This document shows positions 1-9,630 of a stretch of 64,000 bases of DNA, one piece after another. The DNA is from an uncultured Gemmatimonadaceae bacterium (GTDB lineage: Bacteria > Gemmatimonadota > Gemmatimonadetes > Gemmatimonadales > Gemmatimonadaceae), in assembly GCA_963761305.1 (NCBI GenBank), contig CAVXGK010000002.1, positions 3,104,001 through 3,168,000 of the forward strand, written 5' to 3'. The position numbers and the translations under genes are program-made. Under the pieces are notes generated by a model. That model searched no databases, was not told the origin of the DNA, and saw only the letters and a program-made list of their open reading frames with translations. The first letter of the stretch is position 1. Every line of letters begins with the position of its first letter.

Positions 1-84
1 GTGTCCGTCGAATTCGTCGACTAACCCGGCTCCTCGGGCGCGACGCAGCTCGCCGAGACGCCGCCGCGCCGCGGCGCCGTCTCC

Positions 85-111
85 TTGACGCCACCGCCGG
101 CCAGGTATACT
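85..111 (+). promoter_or_regulatory. possible sigma70 promoter for the histone-like gene
   Basis: TTGACG (85-90) and TATACT (106-111); the 15-bp spacer is short. Confidence 0.35.
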
Positions 112-246
112 AGAGGCGTTGCAGCGAGCCGATTCGCGCACGCGATCGCGCGCATCGGAGTCGATGCGGGCGCCACACGGCCGTCGCCGATGTTGTAGGC
201 CGATCATTCAAATTATCTGATCACAACAACCTCTCAGGAGGCGTGC

Positions 247-834
247 ATGCCGTTGGATGATGAGGTGCGCGGGCAGTACCGGTTCTCCGATCGCGATGAC
301 GACGTCGACGATCTGGGATATGGCGGCGGCGGTGGTGGCGGCGGCAGTGCGTCGTACGACGACGACGAAGAGGAAGACGGCGGCTGGATGACCCACAAGG
401 ACGAAAGCGACGATTTGTGGGACAGCACCGATGACGTCGACGACGACGACGACGAACCGGCGGTCGAGACGGTCGAGGAGGAAGAGGAGATCGAGGTCTT
501 CGGCACCGCGAAACCGCCGCGCACGCGCTCCGCTCCCGCGAGCGCGCCCGCCGCGACCGTTGCCGCGGAGAAAGCCGGCGCCAAGAAGGCGGCCGGCGCC
601 AAGCCGGCGGTGAAAGCGGTCGCGAAAGTGGCCGTCGCAAAACCGGCAGTGAAGCCGGCCGCGAAGCCGGCCGCGAAGCCCGCCGCAAAAGCGGTCAAAA
701 CGGTCGCGAAGAAAGCAGCCGCCAAGAAACCCGTTGTAACGAAGAGCGCCAAGAAAGCCGCCAAGAAGAGCGCGAAAAAGGCGGCCAAGACGGCGAAGCC
801 GGCCAAGAAGGGCGGCAAGAAAAAGAAGCGCTGA
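247..834 (+). CDS. histone H1-like Lys/Ala-rich protein with acidic N-terminal half
   Basis: AGGAGG RBS; D/E-rich N-half, KPAA/KKAA-repeat C-half; followed by a terminator. Confidence 0.8.
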   Translation: MPLDDEVRGQYRFSDRDDDVDDLGYGGGGGGGGSASYDDDEEEDGGWMTHKDESDDLWDSTDDVDDDDDEPAVETVEEEEEIEVFGTAKPPRTRSAPASAPAATVAAEKAGAKKAAGAKPAVKAVAKVAVAKPAVKPAAKPAAKPAAKAVKTVAKKAAAKKPVVTKSAKKAAKKSAKKAAKTAKPAKKGGKKKKR

Positions 835-851
835 GCGTCTGATCACGCGGG

Positions 852-899
852 GCGCGGCAGCGGGGCGGCGGCATGCACGCCCTGCTGCCGCGCTTTTTT
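852..899 (+). terminator. intrinsic terminator
   Basis: GCGCGGCAGCGGGGCG / CGCCCTGCTGCCGCGC stem followed by T6. Confidence 0.85.
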
Positions 900-1006
900 G
901 CTCCCCGCCGCCGTCCCCTCAACGCCCGCCGCCACTTCGGTTATTGTACGATGTCGCTCGACCGTCAGTCGCGCGTTATCGTCTCTTGCATCCCCGCGCT
1001 CCCGCC

Positions 1007-1555
1007 ATGGCCGATTCGCCGATCCTGCTTCTGCGCGCGCACGCACGCCATGCCCCGTGGAATGCACGCGGGCTTGCGGCGCACGTGACTGCGCTGGTCG
1101 ATGCGGCCGGCGTTCGGCCCACGAACGCGTCGGCACGAGCCGCGCCGAGCGCTCGCTCGATTCGCTTCTACATCGCGAATGGGCTGTTGTCGCGACCCGA
1201 AGGCGCCGGGACGTCGGCCACGTACAACTACCGGCACTTTCTCCAATTGGTCGCGATCAAGGTTCGGCAGCGCGAAGGCGCGACGCTCGACGCGATCAAG
1301 AAGGAAATGGGAGACGCCACGGGCGATGCCCTCGAGCGACGCGTCGCCACGTCGCTCGCCGCGGCGCTTGGTGCCACCGTCGAAACACGCAAGACCGTTG
1401 GCGAAGGAGACTTTCCCGCCAGTTGGCGGCGAATGCCCGTCGCCGACGGTGTCGAGCTGCACGTTCGAGACAACTCCCCGGCGTCGCGCGACGAGGCGCT
1501 CGTCGCGATGCGCGAGGCTGTTCGCGCGGCGTTGGGCCGCGAGGACATCCGCTAG
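1007..1555 (+). CDS. MerR-family HTH regulator
   Basis: SARSIRFYIANGLLSRPEG..TYNYRHFLQLVAIK..GATLDAIK MerR-type pattern; start moved to ATG 1007. Confidence 0.8.
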   Translation: MADSPILLLRAHARHAPWNARGLAAHVTALVDAAGVRPTNASARAAPSARSIRFYIANGLLSRPEGAGTSATYNYRHFLQLVAIKVRQREGATLDAIKKEMGDATGDALERRVATSLAAALGATVETRKTVGEGDFPASWRRMPVADGVELHVRDNSPASRDEALVAMREAVRAALGREDIR

Positions 1556-1588
1556 CCGCGCCGTACGGTCTTTTTCCGAGGACGCGCC

Positions 1589-2317
1589 ATGCCCGACCCC
1601 GCCAGCGCGACGTTCAGCGGATCGACCGTTCTATTGACCGGCGTCGGCACCGACGGACAGGTCGGGCAGGCCGTGGCTCGTGCGTTCGCCGAAGCGGGCG
1701 CCTCGCTTCTCCTCGTCGATCGCACGAAGGAACACATCGACGCGCGCGCCGCCGAGCTGACCCGCGACGGCTACCGCGCGACCGGGTTCGCCTGCGACCT
1801 CACCGACGGCTCGGCGGTGAAGTCGCTCGCCGGTCAGATCCGCGACGCACACGGCGCAGCCATTCACGCACTGGTGCACATGGCCGGCGGGTTCGCCATG
1901 AGCGGACCGGTTGCCGAGAGCACCGACGACGTGTGGAATCGCCAGATCGCAATCAACCTCACGACGGCGTTCACGACGTCGCGCGCCTTCCTGCCCATGC
2001 TGCGCGCTGGCAAGGGCTCGATCGTGTTCTTCGCGTCGGAGGCGGTGCTCCCGGGGTCCACCGGCGCTCGGATGTCCGCGTACTCAGTCGCCAAGGCCGG
2101 AGTCGTGGCGCTCATGCGCGCGATCGCCGCCGAAGAGCGACCCAGCGGCGTGCGTGCGAACGCCGTCGCGCCGTCGGCGATCCGCACGGCGACGAACGTT
2201 CGCGACATGGGCGACGGCGCCAAGTACGTCGAGCGCGAGCAGGTCGCCGACGTCGTTCTCTTTCTTTGTTCCCACCGCGCGAGTGCGATCTCCGGCCTCG
2301 TGGTGCCTGTCGCGTGA
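1589..2317 (+). CDS. SDR-family NAD(P)-dependent oxidoreductase
   Basis: TGxxxxGQVG Rossmann motif, YSVAK catalytic motif, GVRANAVAP. Confidence 0.9.
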   Translation: MPDPASATFSGSTVLLTGVGTDGQVGQAVARAFAEAGASLLLVDRTKEHIDARAAELTRDGYRATGFACDLTDGSAVKSLAGQIRDAHGAAIHALVHMAGGFAMSGPVAESTDDVWNRQIAINLTTAFTTSRAFLPMLRAGKGSIVFFASEAVLPGSTGARMSAYSVAKAGVVALMRAIAAEERPSGVRANAVAPSAIRTATNVRDMGDGAKYVEREQVADVVLFLCSHRASAISGLVVPVA

Positions 2318-2330
2318 CGACTCGCGCCTC

Positions 2331-3191
2331 ATGACGCTGCCGGCGAAGCGCCGCACTCCCGCGCGAACGGCGCTCCTGGACCGTTCGCTCGAGGAGTTTC
2401 CGGTCTTTCGCCTGAGCGACACACCGGACGAGCCGTCGCTCTCTTACACAACTGAAGAAGGCGGCCGGTGGCGCGTGCTGGCGTCACCGGGCGACCGCCT
2501 GCCCGGCACGTTCGATCAGGACGTGTACGTGGAGCTCATGCACCGCTTTCAGGAGGCGGGCGAACCCGCCGACGGTGCGCTCACCTTTACGCTCCACGCG
2601 TTTCTTCGCTCGATGGGACGTCAGGCGGACGGCCGTACGTACGAGCAACTGCGCGGCGCGCTCGCCCGTCTCGAACGAACCACGCTCCAGTCGGAGCGAA
2701 GCTACTTCGACGCGACCGGACCCGGCCTCACCGACGTCAGCTTCACGCTCCTCACGTCGGTCGCCGTCGAACGGCGCCGGACGCGCGAGCGCGAACAGCT
2801 GGTTCTGTTCCCCGGATCGCCGACTGCCGAACCGGGTGAGGCCCGCGTCGTCATCTCCCCCATCGTGCGGCAGAACCTGGTCGCGAGGCACGTCATCCCC
2901 TTGGCAATCGGCCGATACTTGGCGCTCGCGTCTCCCGTGGCGAGACGTCTCTACCGGCTCATCGAGCTGGCCCGCGCCAGCGACATCCTCACCTGGCGGG
3001 TTTCATTGGACCGTCTGCGCGACCAACTCCCCCTCACCCAGCGCTATCCGTCCCATCTCCAGAGAGTGTTGCAACCCGCCCACGACCTCCTCCGAGAGAC
3101 CGGAGTGATTCGGGAGGCCGTCATTCGTCAACAACAGAGGGACTGGTTCGTGGATTACATGTTGGCCGGCCGGAGGGCCGAGTCCGGCTAA
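2331..3191 (+). CDS. replication initiator protein A (plasmid RepA/RPA-like)
   Basis: LEEFPVFRLS, LPGTFDQDVYVEL, FTLHAFLRSMG..GRTYEQLRGALARL, YLALASPVARRLYRL resemble RPA-family initiators; start at ATG 2331. Confidence 0.7.
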   Translation: MTLPAKRRTPARTALLDRSLEEFPVFRLSDTPDEPSLSYTTEEGGRWRVLASPGDRLPGTFDQDVYVELMHRFQEAGEPADGALTFTLHAFLRSMGRQADGRTYEQLRGALARLERTTLQSERSYFDATGPGLTDVSFTLLTSVAVERRRTREREQLVLFPGSPTAEPGEARVVISPIVRQNLVARHVIPLAIGRYLALASPVARRLYRLIELARASDILTWRVSLDRLRDQLPLTQRYPSHLQRVLQPAHDLLRETGVIREAVIRQQQRDWFVDYMLAGRRAESG

Positions 3192-3255
3192 TCTCCACGC
3201 AACGCTCGAAAGCGAACGAATCCGTTGTTTGTCGTGTACCATTTCCAAAAGCACT

Positions 3256-3456
3256 ATGGCCACCAAGCTCGACAAGACGATCCGGCGCGAGATCGAAATC
3301 GACGGCGAGGCATACACCGTCGCCATTTCGCCCGACGGATTTCGGCTCACGAAGAAGCGGTTTCGCTCCGGCGTGGCACTATCCTGGAAGACGGTTTGGA
3401 CCCGTCATGGCGGAAATGCCGCCGAGCAGCCGGAAGAGCCCGCCGTCGAGCAGTAG
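3256..3456 (+). CDS. small hypothetical protein
   Basis: 66-aa ORF MATKLDKTIRREIEIDG with coding-like codon usage, filling the gap after an AT-rich stretch. Confidence 0.75.
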   Translation: MATKLDKTIRREIEIDGEAYTVAISPDGFRLTKKRFRSGVALSWKTVWTRHGGNAAEQPEEPAVEQ

Positions 3457-3546
3457 CGCACTCGCGCGCACTCGCGCGCAACTTGCGCACAACGGCTAGT
3501 TGCCGGTCGCAGTATACCTTCCTAGACCCTAAGCTGGACTCGACGC

Positions 3547-5163
3547 ATGCCTCGTATTCGGAAAGCCGCCTTCATTGGTGCGTTGTTGGTCCCTGTCGTC
3601 GCAGGTGGATTCCTGCTGCAAGCCCGCTCGCAGCGCGAAGGCGCTGAGCTGCTTGATCAAGTGATGCAGTTGGTGAACGACCGCTTCGTCGACACGCTTC
3701 CGCTGTCCGACGTCTACGCGAAGGCGGCAACCGGACTCGTCAAGGAGCTGAACGACCCGTATAGTGAGCTCCTCACCCCGAAAGATCTCAAACAGTTCAG
3801 CAGCCGAACCGGCGGTCGGTACGGCGGACTCGGCATGCTGATCGAGCCGGACAACGAGACGAAGACAGTTCGCGTCGTGACCGTCTATCCGAATACGCCG
3901 GCCGAGGCCGGCGGCGTGCGGGAGGGCGACCTGATCATCAGAGTCGACACGCTCTCGACGCGCGGCTGGACGATCAACCAAGTTTCCGATTCTCTGACCG
4001 GCACGCCGGGAACGAAGGTCAAGGTTTCGTTCGCGCGTCCGGGCGTCGCCGTGCCGATCACCGCGTCGTTCACACGCGCGATCATCAACGTGCCGGCGGT
4101 TCCCTACGTCATCACGTTCGCCAACAAGATCGGCTACATCCCGCTCCAGCAGTTCAACGAGAACGCCGCGGACAACATCCAGGCCGCGGTCAAGCGGCTC
4201 GAGGACCAGGGTGCGCGCGGCATCATTCTCGACATGCGCGGCGACCCGGGCGGCATTCTCGATCAGAGTCTGCGCGTCGCGAACACGTTCCTGCCGCAAG
4301 GTCAGTTGCTCGCCACGGTGAAAGGACGCGAGGGCCCGATCCAGGTCGAGACGGCGAAGTCCACTCCGATCGCGCCGACAGTTCCGCTCGTCGTGATGAC
4401 GGATGACCGCACCGCCTCGGCGTCGGAGATCGTCGCCGGCGCGTTGCAGGACCACGACCGCGCGCTCGTCGTCGGCCAGACGAGCTTTGGCAAGGGTCTG
4501 GTGCAGGGTGTGTACGATCACCTCGATGGTGGGTACGCCCTCAAGCTGACCACCGGCAAATGGTTCACGCCGAGCGGCCGCTCGATTCAGCGTCCGCGCA
4601 AGTTCGTGAACGGCCAGTTCGTCGAGGAGACGCCGGATTCGAACGAGACGAACGCGACGAAGAAGAACCGCCCGGCATTCAAGTCGGACGCCGGTCGCAC
4701 GGTGTATGGCGGCGGCGGCATCACGCCCGACGTGATCGTGCAGGACGACACGCTGACGACGGCGGAGCAGACGTTCGCCAAGACCATCGCGCCCAAGGGA
4801 CAGGATTTCCTCACCGTGCTCGCCGACTACAGCATGGAGTTGGCGAAGACGGCGTCGCCGACGTTCACGGTTCAGCCGACGTGGGACAACGAGTTCTACA
4901 CCCGGCTCCAGGCGAAGGGTGTCGTGGTGGATCGCAAGACGTTCGACGGCGCGAGCCGCTACGTGAACCGCATGCTCGATCAGCGCATCGCACACTTTGC
5001 ACTCGGCGATTCGGCGGCCAAGCGACGCGATCTCCCGTACGACGCGCCGCTTCGCAAGGCGATCGACCTGCTCGACAAGGGCGGATCGCAACGCGAGCTG
5101 TTCGCCGCCGCCGGCGAGCCGTTGACCTCGACCCACTCTGTCCCGCCCGCGCGAAAGCCGTAA
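3547..5163 (+). CDS. ctpA: carboxyl-terminal processing protease, S41 family (PDZ)
   Basis: signal peptide, LNDPYS, GLGMLI PDZ, DMRGDPGG, TASASE, GKG Ser-Lys dyad. Confidence 0.92.
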   Translation: MPRIRKAAFIGALLVPVVAGGFLLQARSQREGAELLDQVMQLVNDRFVDTLPLSDVYAKAATGLVKELNDPYSELLTPKDLKQFSSRTGGRYGGLGMLIEPDNETKTVRVVTVYPNTPAEAGGVREGDLIIRVDTLSTRGWTINQVSDSLTGTPGTKVKVSFARPGVAVPITASFTRAIINVPAVPYVITFANKIGYIPLQQFNENAADNIQAAVKRLEDQGARGIILDMRGDPGGILDQSLRVANTFLPQGQLLATVKGREGPIQVETAKSTPIAPTVPLVVMTDDRTASASEIVAGALQDHDRALVVGQTSFGKGLVQGVYDHLDGGYALKLTTGKWFTPSGRSIQRPRKFVNGQFVEETPDSNETNATKKNRPAFKSDAGRTVYGGGGITPDVIVQDDTLTTAEQTFAKTIAPKGQDFLTVLADYSMELAKTASPTFTVQPTWDNEFYTRLQAKGVVVDRKTFDGASRYVNRMLDQRIAHFALGDSAAKRRDLPYDAPLRKAIDLLDKGGSQRELFAAAGEPLTSTHSVPPARKP

Positions 5164-5172
5164 GTTTCGCGC

Positions 5173-6249
5173 ATGCGAATCGAGACCCTCACCGCCGCCG
5201 CGATTGTCGCGGCGGCGGTTTCTTCTTGTGCCCATCGCGCGGCCGGTAATCCGGCCACGGCAAGCACGACGAGCAACTCGGCGGGTCCGTCGCCCGAACC
5301 CGGCGAGCGGCACTTCGCCAAGATTCGTCAGCTCACGTTCGGCGGCGAGAATGCCGAAGCGTATTTCAGTCGCGACGGCAAGCGCCTGATCTTCCAGTCC
5401 ACGCGCGGCGGCCGAACGTGCGACCAGCAATACGTGATGAACGTCGACGGCAGCGGCGTGCGTCGCGTCTCCACCGGATTCGGCAAGACGACCTGCGGAT
5501 ATTTCTTCGACGCCGACCGGCGGATCTTCTTCGCGTCGACGCACGCGGCCGACACGGCGTGTCCGCCCAGACCCGATCCTTCCAAGGGCTATGTGTGGGG
5601 GCTCGACCCGTACGACATCTACGTCGCCAACCCCGACGGCTCGGCGCTTCGGCGCCTGACGAACTATGGCGTCTACACCGCGGAGGGCACGCTCTCGCCC
5701 GACGGTCAGACGATCGTGTTCACGTCGCTCAAGGACGGCGATCTCGACATCTACACGATGCGGGTCGACGGGAGCAATCTCAAACGACTCACCTTCCAAC
5801 CCGGCTACGACGGCGGCCCGTTTTTCTCGCCCGACGGGAAGAAGATCGTCTACCGCGCGTGGCATCCGAGCGACACGGCGCTCGTGTCGTACCGCGAGCT
5901 GCTCCGCCAGCGGCTGGTGCGACCCAACCGCATGGAGATCTGGGTCATGAACGCCGACGGCTCGGACCAGCACCAGATCACCAACCTCGGCGGGGCCAAC
6001 TTCGCGCCGTATTTCACGCCGGACGGTCGCCGGATCATCTTCTCGTCCAACTACAAGAATCCGAAGAGCCGAGATTTCGAATTGTATCTTGTGAACCCGG
6101 ACGGGTCGGGACTGGAGCAGGTGACGCACCACGTCGAGTTCGACGGGTTTCCGATGTTCAGTCCGGATGGTACGAAGCTCGTCTGGGCGTCGGGGCGATC
6201 GTCGCGCGAGGGAGAGCTGAACCTCTTCCTCGCCGACTGGGTCCCCTAG
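5173..6249 (+). CDS. TolB-like PD40 beta-propeller lipoprotein
   Basis: lipobox VSSC; repeated (F/L)SPDG..I.F motifs. Confidence 0.88.
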   Translation: MRIETLTAAAIVAAAVSSCAHRAAGNPATASTTSNSAGPSPEPGERHFAKIRQLTFGGENAEAYFSRDGKRLIFQSTRGGRTCDQQYVMNVDGSGVRRVSTGFGKTTCGYFFDADRRIFFASTHAADTACPPRPDPSKGYVWGLDPYDIYVANPDGSALRRLTNYGVYTAEGTLSPDGQTIVFTSLKDGDLDIYTMRVDGSNLKRLTFQPGYDGGPFFSPDGKKIVYRAWHPSDTALVSYRELLRQRLVRPNRMEIWVMNADGSDQHQITNLGGANFAPYFTPDGRRIIFSSNYKNPKSRDFELYLVNPDGSGLEQVTHHVEFDGFPMFSPDGTKLVWASGRSSREGELNLFLADWVP

Positions 6250-7376
6250 CGCAGCGCGGCGCGCAGATTCTCGTCGACGTGCTCGACGCGCTTCATGCCG
6301 ACGAGCGCCGTCGTGACGCCGGGGGCCGACCGCGCGAACGCGATCGCGCGCTGCGCGTCGTTGTCGAACGACGGGAACGCCTCGGCCAGCGCCGGCGGAA
6401 GTCCGGACGACAATTTGCCCTGCATCAGCGTCGCGCTGCCGACCACCATCACGTCGAGCGCGGCGGCCGCTTCGGCCGCCGGCAGCAGTTGCCCGCGCAC
6501 GCTTTGCGTCGGCGTGCGGATCGCTTCGGGCATCGCGAGGTTGATCGGCATCTGAACGGCCCGGAAGTGGTGGTCCTTCCCGGCGAGGTCGCGCGCCAGT
6601 CCGACCAGTCCTTCGATCTCGAGGTGATCCGGCGCGTCCGGTGTCGAGCGCAAACCGTTCCAGGTCGCGCAACCGTACACGCCGATCTCTCCGCGCGACG
6701 CCGCGTCTTCGAGGATCACGAACGCCGAGCGAATGCGTGCCATGAGCTCGTCGCGGCCCACCGCGCTCGCCTGCTGTTCCGGATTGTGCAAGTAGTAGAC
6801 GTCGATGCGCCGCACGCCGAGGTTCTGCCGGCTCTTGGCGAGGCAAAACCGGATGAATCGGGGAGCCAGGCTGTGTCCGCCGCCGACGATCTCGGTCTGC
6901 TGCAGAATCTCCGTGTCGATGAACTCCCGCTTCACGTACGCGCGGTACTCGTCGCGCGACGCTGGCGGCTGGGCATCCAGCGGGATATATCCGCCCTTCG
7001 AGCACACCACTAGTTCGTCGCGCGTCAGGTCGCCCGAGGTCGTCAGGCGGCGCAGGGCCGCGCCCACGGCGCGCTCCGACCGCTGCCCGCGATAGTTCAG
7101 GGCGGTGTCGATCAGATTGATCCCGGAGCGAGCAGCATGCTCGATCGAAGCAGCGTACGCCGCATCGTCGCCCGCCGTGGACTCGCCCAGATACGTCCCG
7201 ATGCCGATCGACGAGACGCTGGCGCCGAGCGGTCCCGCTCGGAAATAGTCCGAGACGAACCGGGGCGCGAGACGATCCCGATACCGCGCCGTGCCGGCGC
7301 CGTTCGCGCGCGGCGCCGGAGCGGCGTCGCTCGTCAGCTCGACGGTCTCGCGCGTACGGGGGGTCCTGCTGGTCAT
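6246..7376 (-). CDS. aldo/keto reductase
   Basis: SSIGIGTY, GINLIDTALNY, SERAVG, CSKGG, IDVYYLHNP; start at ATG 7376. Confidence 0.88.
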   Translation of the reverse strand: MTSRTPRTRETVELTSDAAPAPRANGAGTARYRDRLAPRFVSDYFRAGPLGASVSSIGIGTYLGESTAGDDAAYAASIEHAARSGINLIDTALNYRGQRSERAVGAALRRLTTSGDLTRDELVVCSKGGYIPLDAQPPASRDEYRAYVKREFIDTEILQQTEIVGGGHSLAPRFIRFCLAKSRQNLGVRRIDVYYLHNPEQQASAVGRDELMARIRSAFVILEDAASRGEIGVYGCATWNGLRSTPDAPDHLEIEGLVGLARDLAGKDHHFRAVQMPINLAMPEAIRTPTQSVRGQLLPAAEAAAALDVMVVGSATLMQGKLSSGLPPALAEAFPSFDNDAQRAIAFARSAPGVTTALVGMKRVEHVDENLRAALR

Positions 7377-7477
7377 CGGTGTCTCAGAGCTACTCCCGCT
7401 CGGGAATCGACGCAAGTTACGTCGGTCGCCGCCGGGTGCGCATTGCCGTCCCTCGTCGCCGCACGGAGGAAAGCCGC

Positions 7478-9529
7478 GTGCAACGCGTGATCGCGTTCGT
7501 CGTCCTGGTCGGTTCGGCATCGTGTATTGGCCGCGGCGCACCGGTCCTCGTACCGGTGCGCATCGATTCGCTGCGCGAGCTGGCGACCGAACTGGTCGCC
7601 ACGCCGACGCGCCCGATCGTCACCGTGGACGCCGACCCGTTCCGTCGGCTGGGCCGGATGGACTGGCCGGGCCCGAACGAGTATCGCGGCGCCGACGGCG
7701 CGCCGGGTCCGGCATACTGGCAGCAACGCGCGGATTACACGATCGTCGCCACCCTCGACACAGCCGCGAAGAGGATCCGGGGCTCGGTGAGCATTCAGTA
7801 CACCAATAACTCGCCGGACACGCTTCGCTACGTCTGGATCCAGCTCGACCAGAATCTTTATCGTCCGGCGAGCAAAGGCGCCGCGATCTTTCCGCCGGAC
7901 TCGCGAGTTGCCGCGCGAGGTTTTCGAGGCGGCTACGAAGTCACGGGCGTCGAGGTGAACGGCCGCATCGCGGTCGGCCGCGAAGACGATACGATGATGG
8001 AGATCGAGCTCGAGTCGCCGCTCATGCCGCGCGGCGGCGTCGCGACCGTCGGCTTGCAGTACTCGTTCGAGGTGCCGGTGCTCGGCTCCGATCGCATGGG
8101 CCGCGACAGCGCGCTGTACGAGATCGCCCAGTGGTACCCGCGCATGGTCGTGTACGACGACGTGCGCGGCTGGAACACCGATCCCTACCTCGGGCAAGGC
8201 GAGTTCTACCTGGAGTACGGCAACATCGACTATTCGGTCACGGTACCTGCCGGGTTCGTCGTGGCCGGGAGCGGCGTGCTGCAGAATCGCACCGCGGTGC
8301 TGACGGCGACGCAGATCGATCGGCTCGACCGTGCGGCGCGATCGCCGACGGTCGTGCAGGTCATCAACGCCGACGAAGCCGCCGCCGCGCGGCGTCAGGC
8401 CGTGCCGGGAACGAAAACCTGGTGGTTCCACGCCGAGCACGTGCGCGACGTCGCCTGGGCCGCGGCGCCGGACTTTCGCTGGGACGCCGCCGGCTGGAAC
8501 GGTATCATCACACAAGCGCTATATCAGTTTCCGAAAGCCGGACGCGCCTGGGAGTCCGCCGCCGAGCAGACGCAGTGGTCCATTCGCACGTATTCCGGTC
8601 TCTGGATGCGCTATCCGTATCCACAGGCGACGACGGTGGCCGGCCCTGTCCATGGCATGGAGTATCCGATGTTCATCATGGCCGGGTACGGCGCCGCCGA
8701 CCCGGCGTCGATCTTCCCCACCGTCGATCACGAACAGGGCCACGAGTGGTTCCCGATGATCGTGGGTTCGAACGAGCGTCGCTACGCGTGGATGGACGAA
8801 GGCATCAACACCTATCAGAACGCGTTCTCCACCGAGCGGCGCTCGCCGGGCACCGACGCGTTTCCGGGCTACATGGCGAGTTGGCGCGCGGCGGTCGACA
8901 ACGGACGACAAGTGCCGCTCATGACACCGCCCGACCGCATCGACATCGACGGCCTCGGCGCCATCGGCTATCGCAAACCGGGAGCGGTGCTTCTGGCGTT
9001 GCGCGACGACGTCATCGGCCGCGAAACGATGGATCGCGCGATGCGCGAGTACGTGCGCCGCTGGGCGTTCAAGCATCCGACGCCCGGCGATTTTTTTCGC
9101 ACCGTGGAGAACGTGTCGGGCCAGGATCTCTCGTGGTTCTGGAACTCGTTCTTCTACGCGACCGACGTGCTCGACATCGCCGTCGATGCCGTCACCATGC
9201 GACAGGCCAATGAGCAGAACGTCGCTGAGATCCATCTGCGCCGCGTGACGAGCGTGCCGTTTCCCGTGACCATGCGGCTCAAGTTCAACGACATGACGAC
9301 GCAAGACGTGCGGTTGCCGGTCGAGATCTGGTCGCGCGGCGACCGTTACATGGCCAGCATCATCGTGCAACGACCCGTCGTCGGTGTGCGCTTGTGGCCC
9401 GACCAGAGCGTGCCCGATTTCAACGCGGCGAACGACGTCTGGGGCGACGCCCCGCCGGCCGATGTCCGGCCCGCGTCCACCGCCGGCGGCATCGTGCCCC
9501 CTATTCCGCCGCCGCCCGATCGACGCTAG
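7478..9529 (+). CDS. exported M1-family Zn aminopeptidase (probable lipoprotein)
   Basis: GGAGGA RBS before GTG 7478; GMEYP, HEQGHEW..WMDEG, YRKPG. Confidence 0.9.
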   Translation: MQRVIAFVVLVGSASCIGRGAPVLVPVRIDSLRELATELVATPTRPIVTVDADPFRRLGRMDWPGPNEYRGADGAPGPAYWQQRADYTIVATLDTAAKRIRGSVSIQYTNNSPDTLRYVWIQLDQNLYRPASKGAAIFPPDSRVAARGFRGGYEVTGVEVNGRIAVGREDDTMMEIELESPLMPRGGVATVGLQYSFEVPVLGSDRMGRDSALYEIAQWYPRMVVYDDVRGWNTDPYLGQGEFYLEYGNIDYSVTVPAGFVVAGSGVLQNRTAVLTATQIDRLDRAARSPTVVQVINADEAAAARRQAVPGTKTWWFHAEHVRDVAWAAAPDFRWDAAGWNGIITQALYQFPKAGRAWESAAEQTQWSIRTYSGLWMRYPYPQATTVAGPVHGMEYPMFIMAGYGAADPASIFPTVDHEQGHEWFPMIVGSNERRYAWMDEGINTYQNAFSTERRSPGTDAFPGYMASWRAAVDNGRQVPLMTPPDRIDIDGLGAIGYRKPGAVLLALRDDVIGRETMDRAMREYVRRWAFKHPTPGDFFRTVENVSGQDLSWFWNSFFYATDVLDIAVDAVTMRQANEQNVAEIHLRRVTSVPFPVTMRLKFNDMTTQDVRLPVEIWSRGDRYMASIIVQRPVVGVRLWPDQSVPDFNAANDVWGDAPPADVRPASTAGGIVPPIPPPPDRR

Positions 9530-9630
9530 TGTCGAGAGCGTCAGGTGGTCGTCATTGATGGCAGCGACCCAGGTTACGGCTTAAATTATCTATCTTGGTC
9601 GTTCCCGCCTTCTCAGAATTCGGAGTCGCA

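Noticed and set aside
1..24. 3' end of an upstream + strand ORF (VSVEFVD*)
   Set aside because: Too short to identify
590..830. repeat array in the histone-like gene as CRISPR or VNTR
   Set aside because: Degenerate codon-level KPAA/KKAA repeats with no spacers and no cas genes
3529..7005. 1158-aa - strand ORF and other long antisense ORFs (e.g. 59784-61889, 25475-26815)
   Set aside because: Arg-rich shadow frames opposite well-supported genes, typical of high-GC DNA; no motifs
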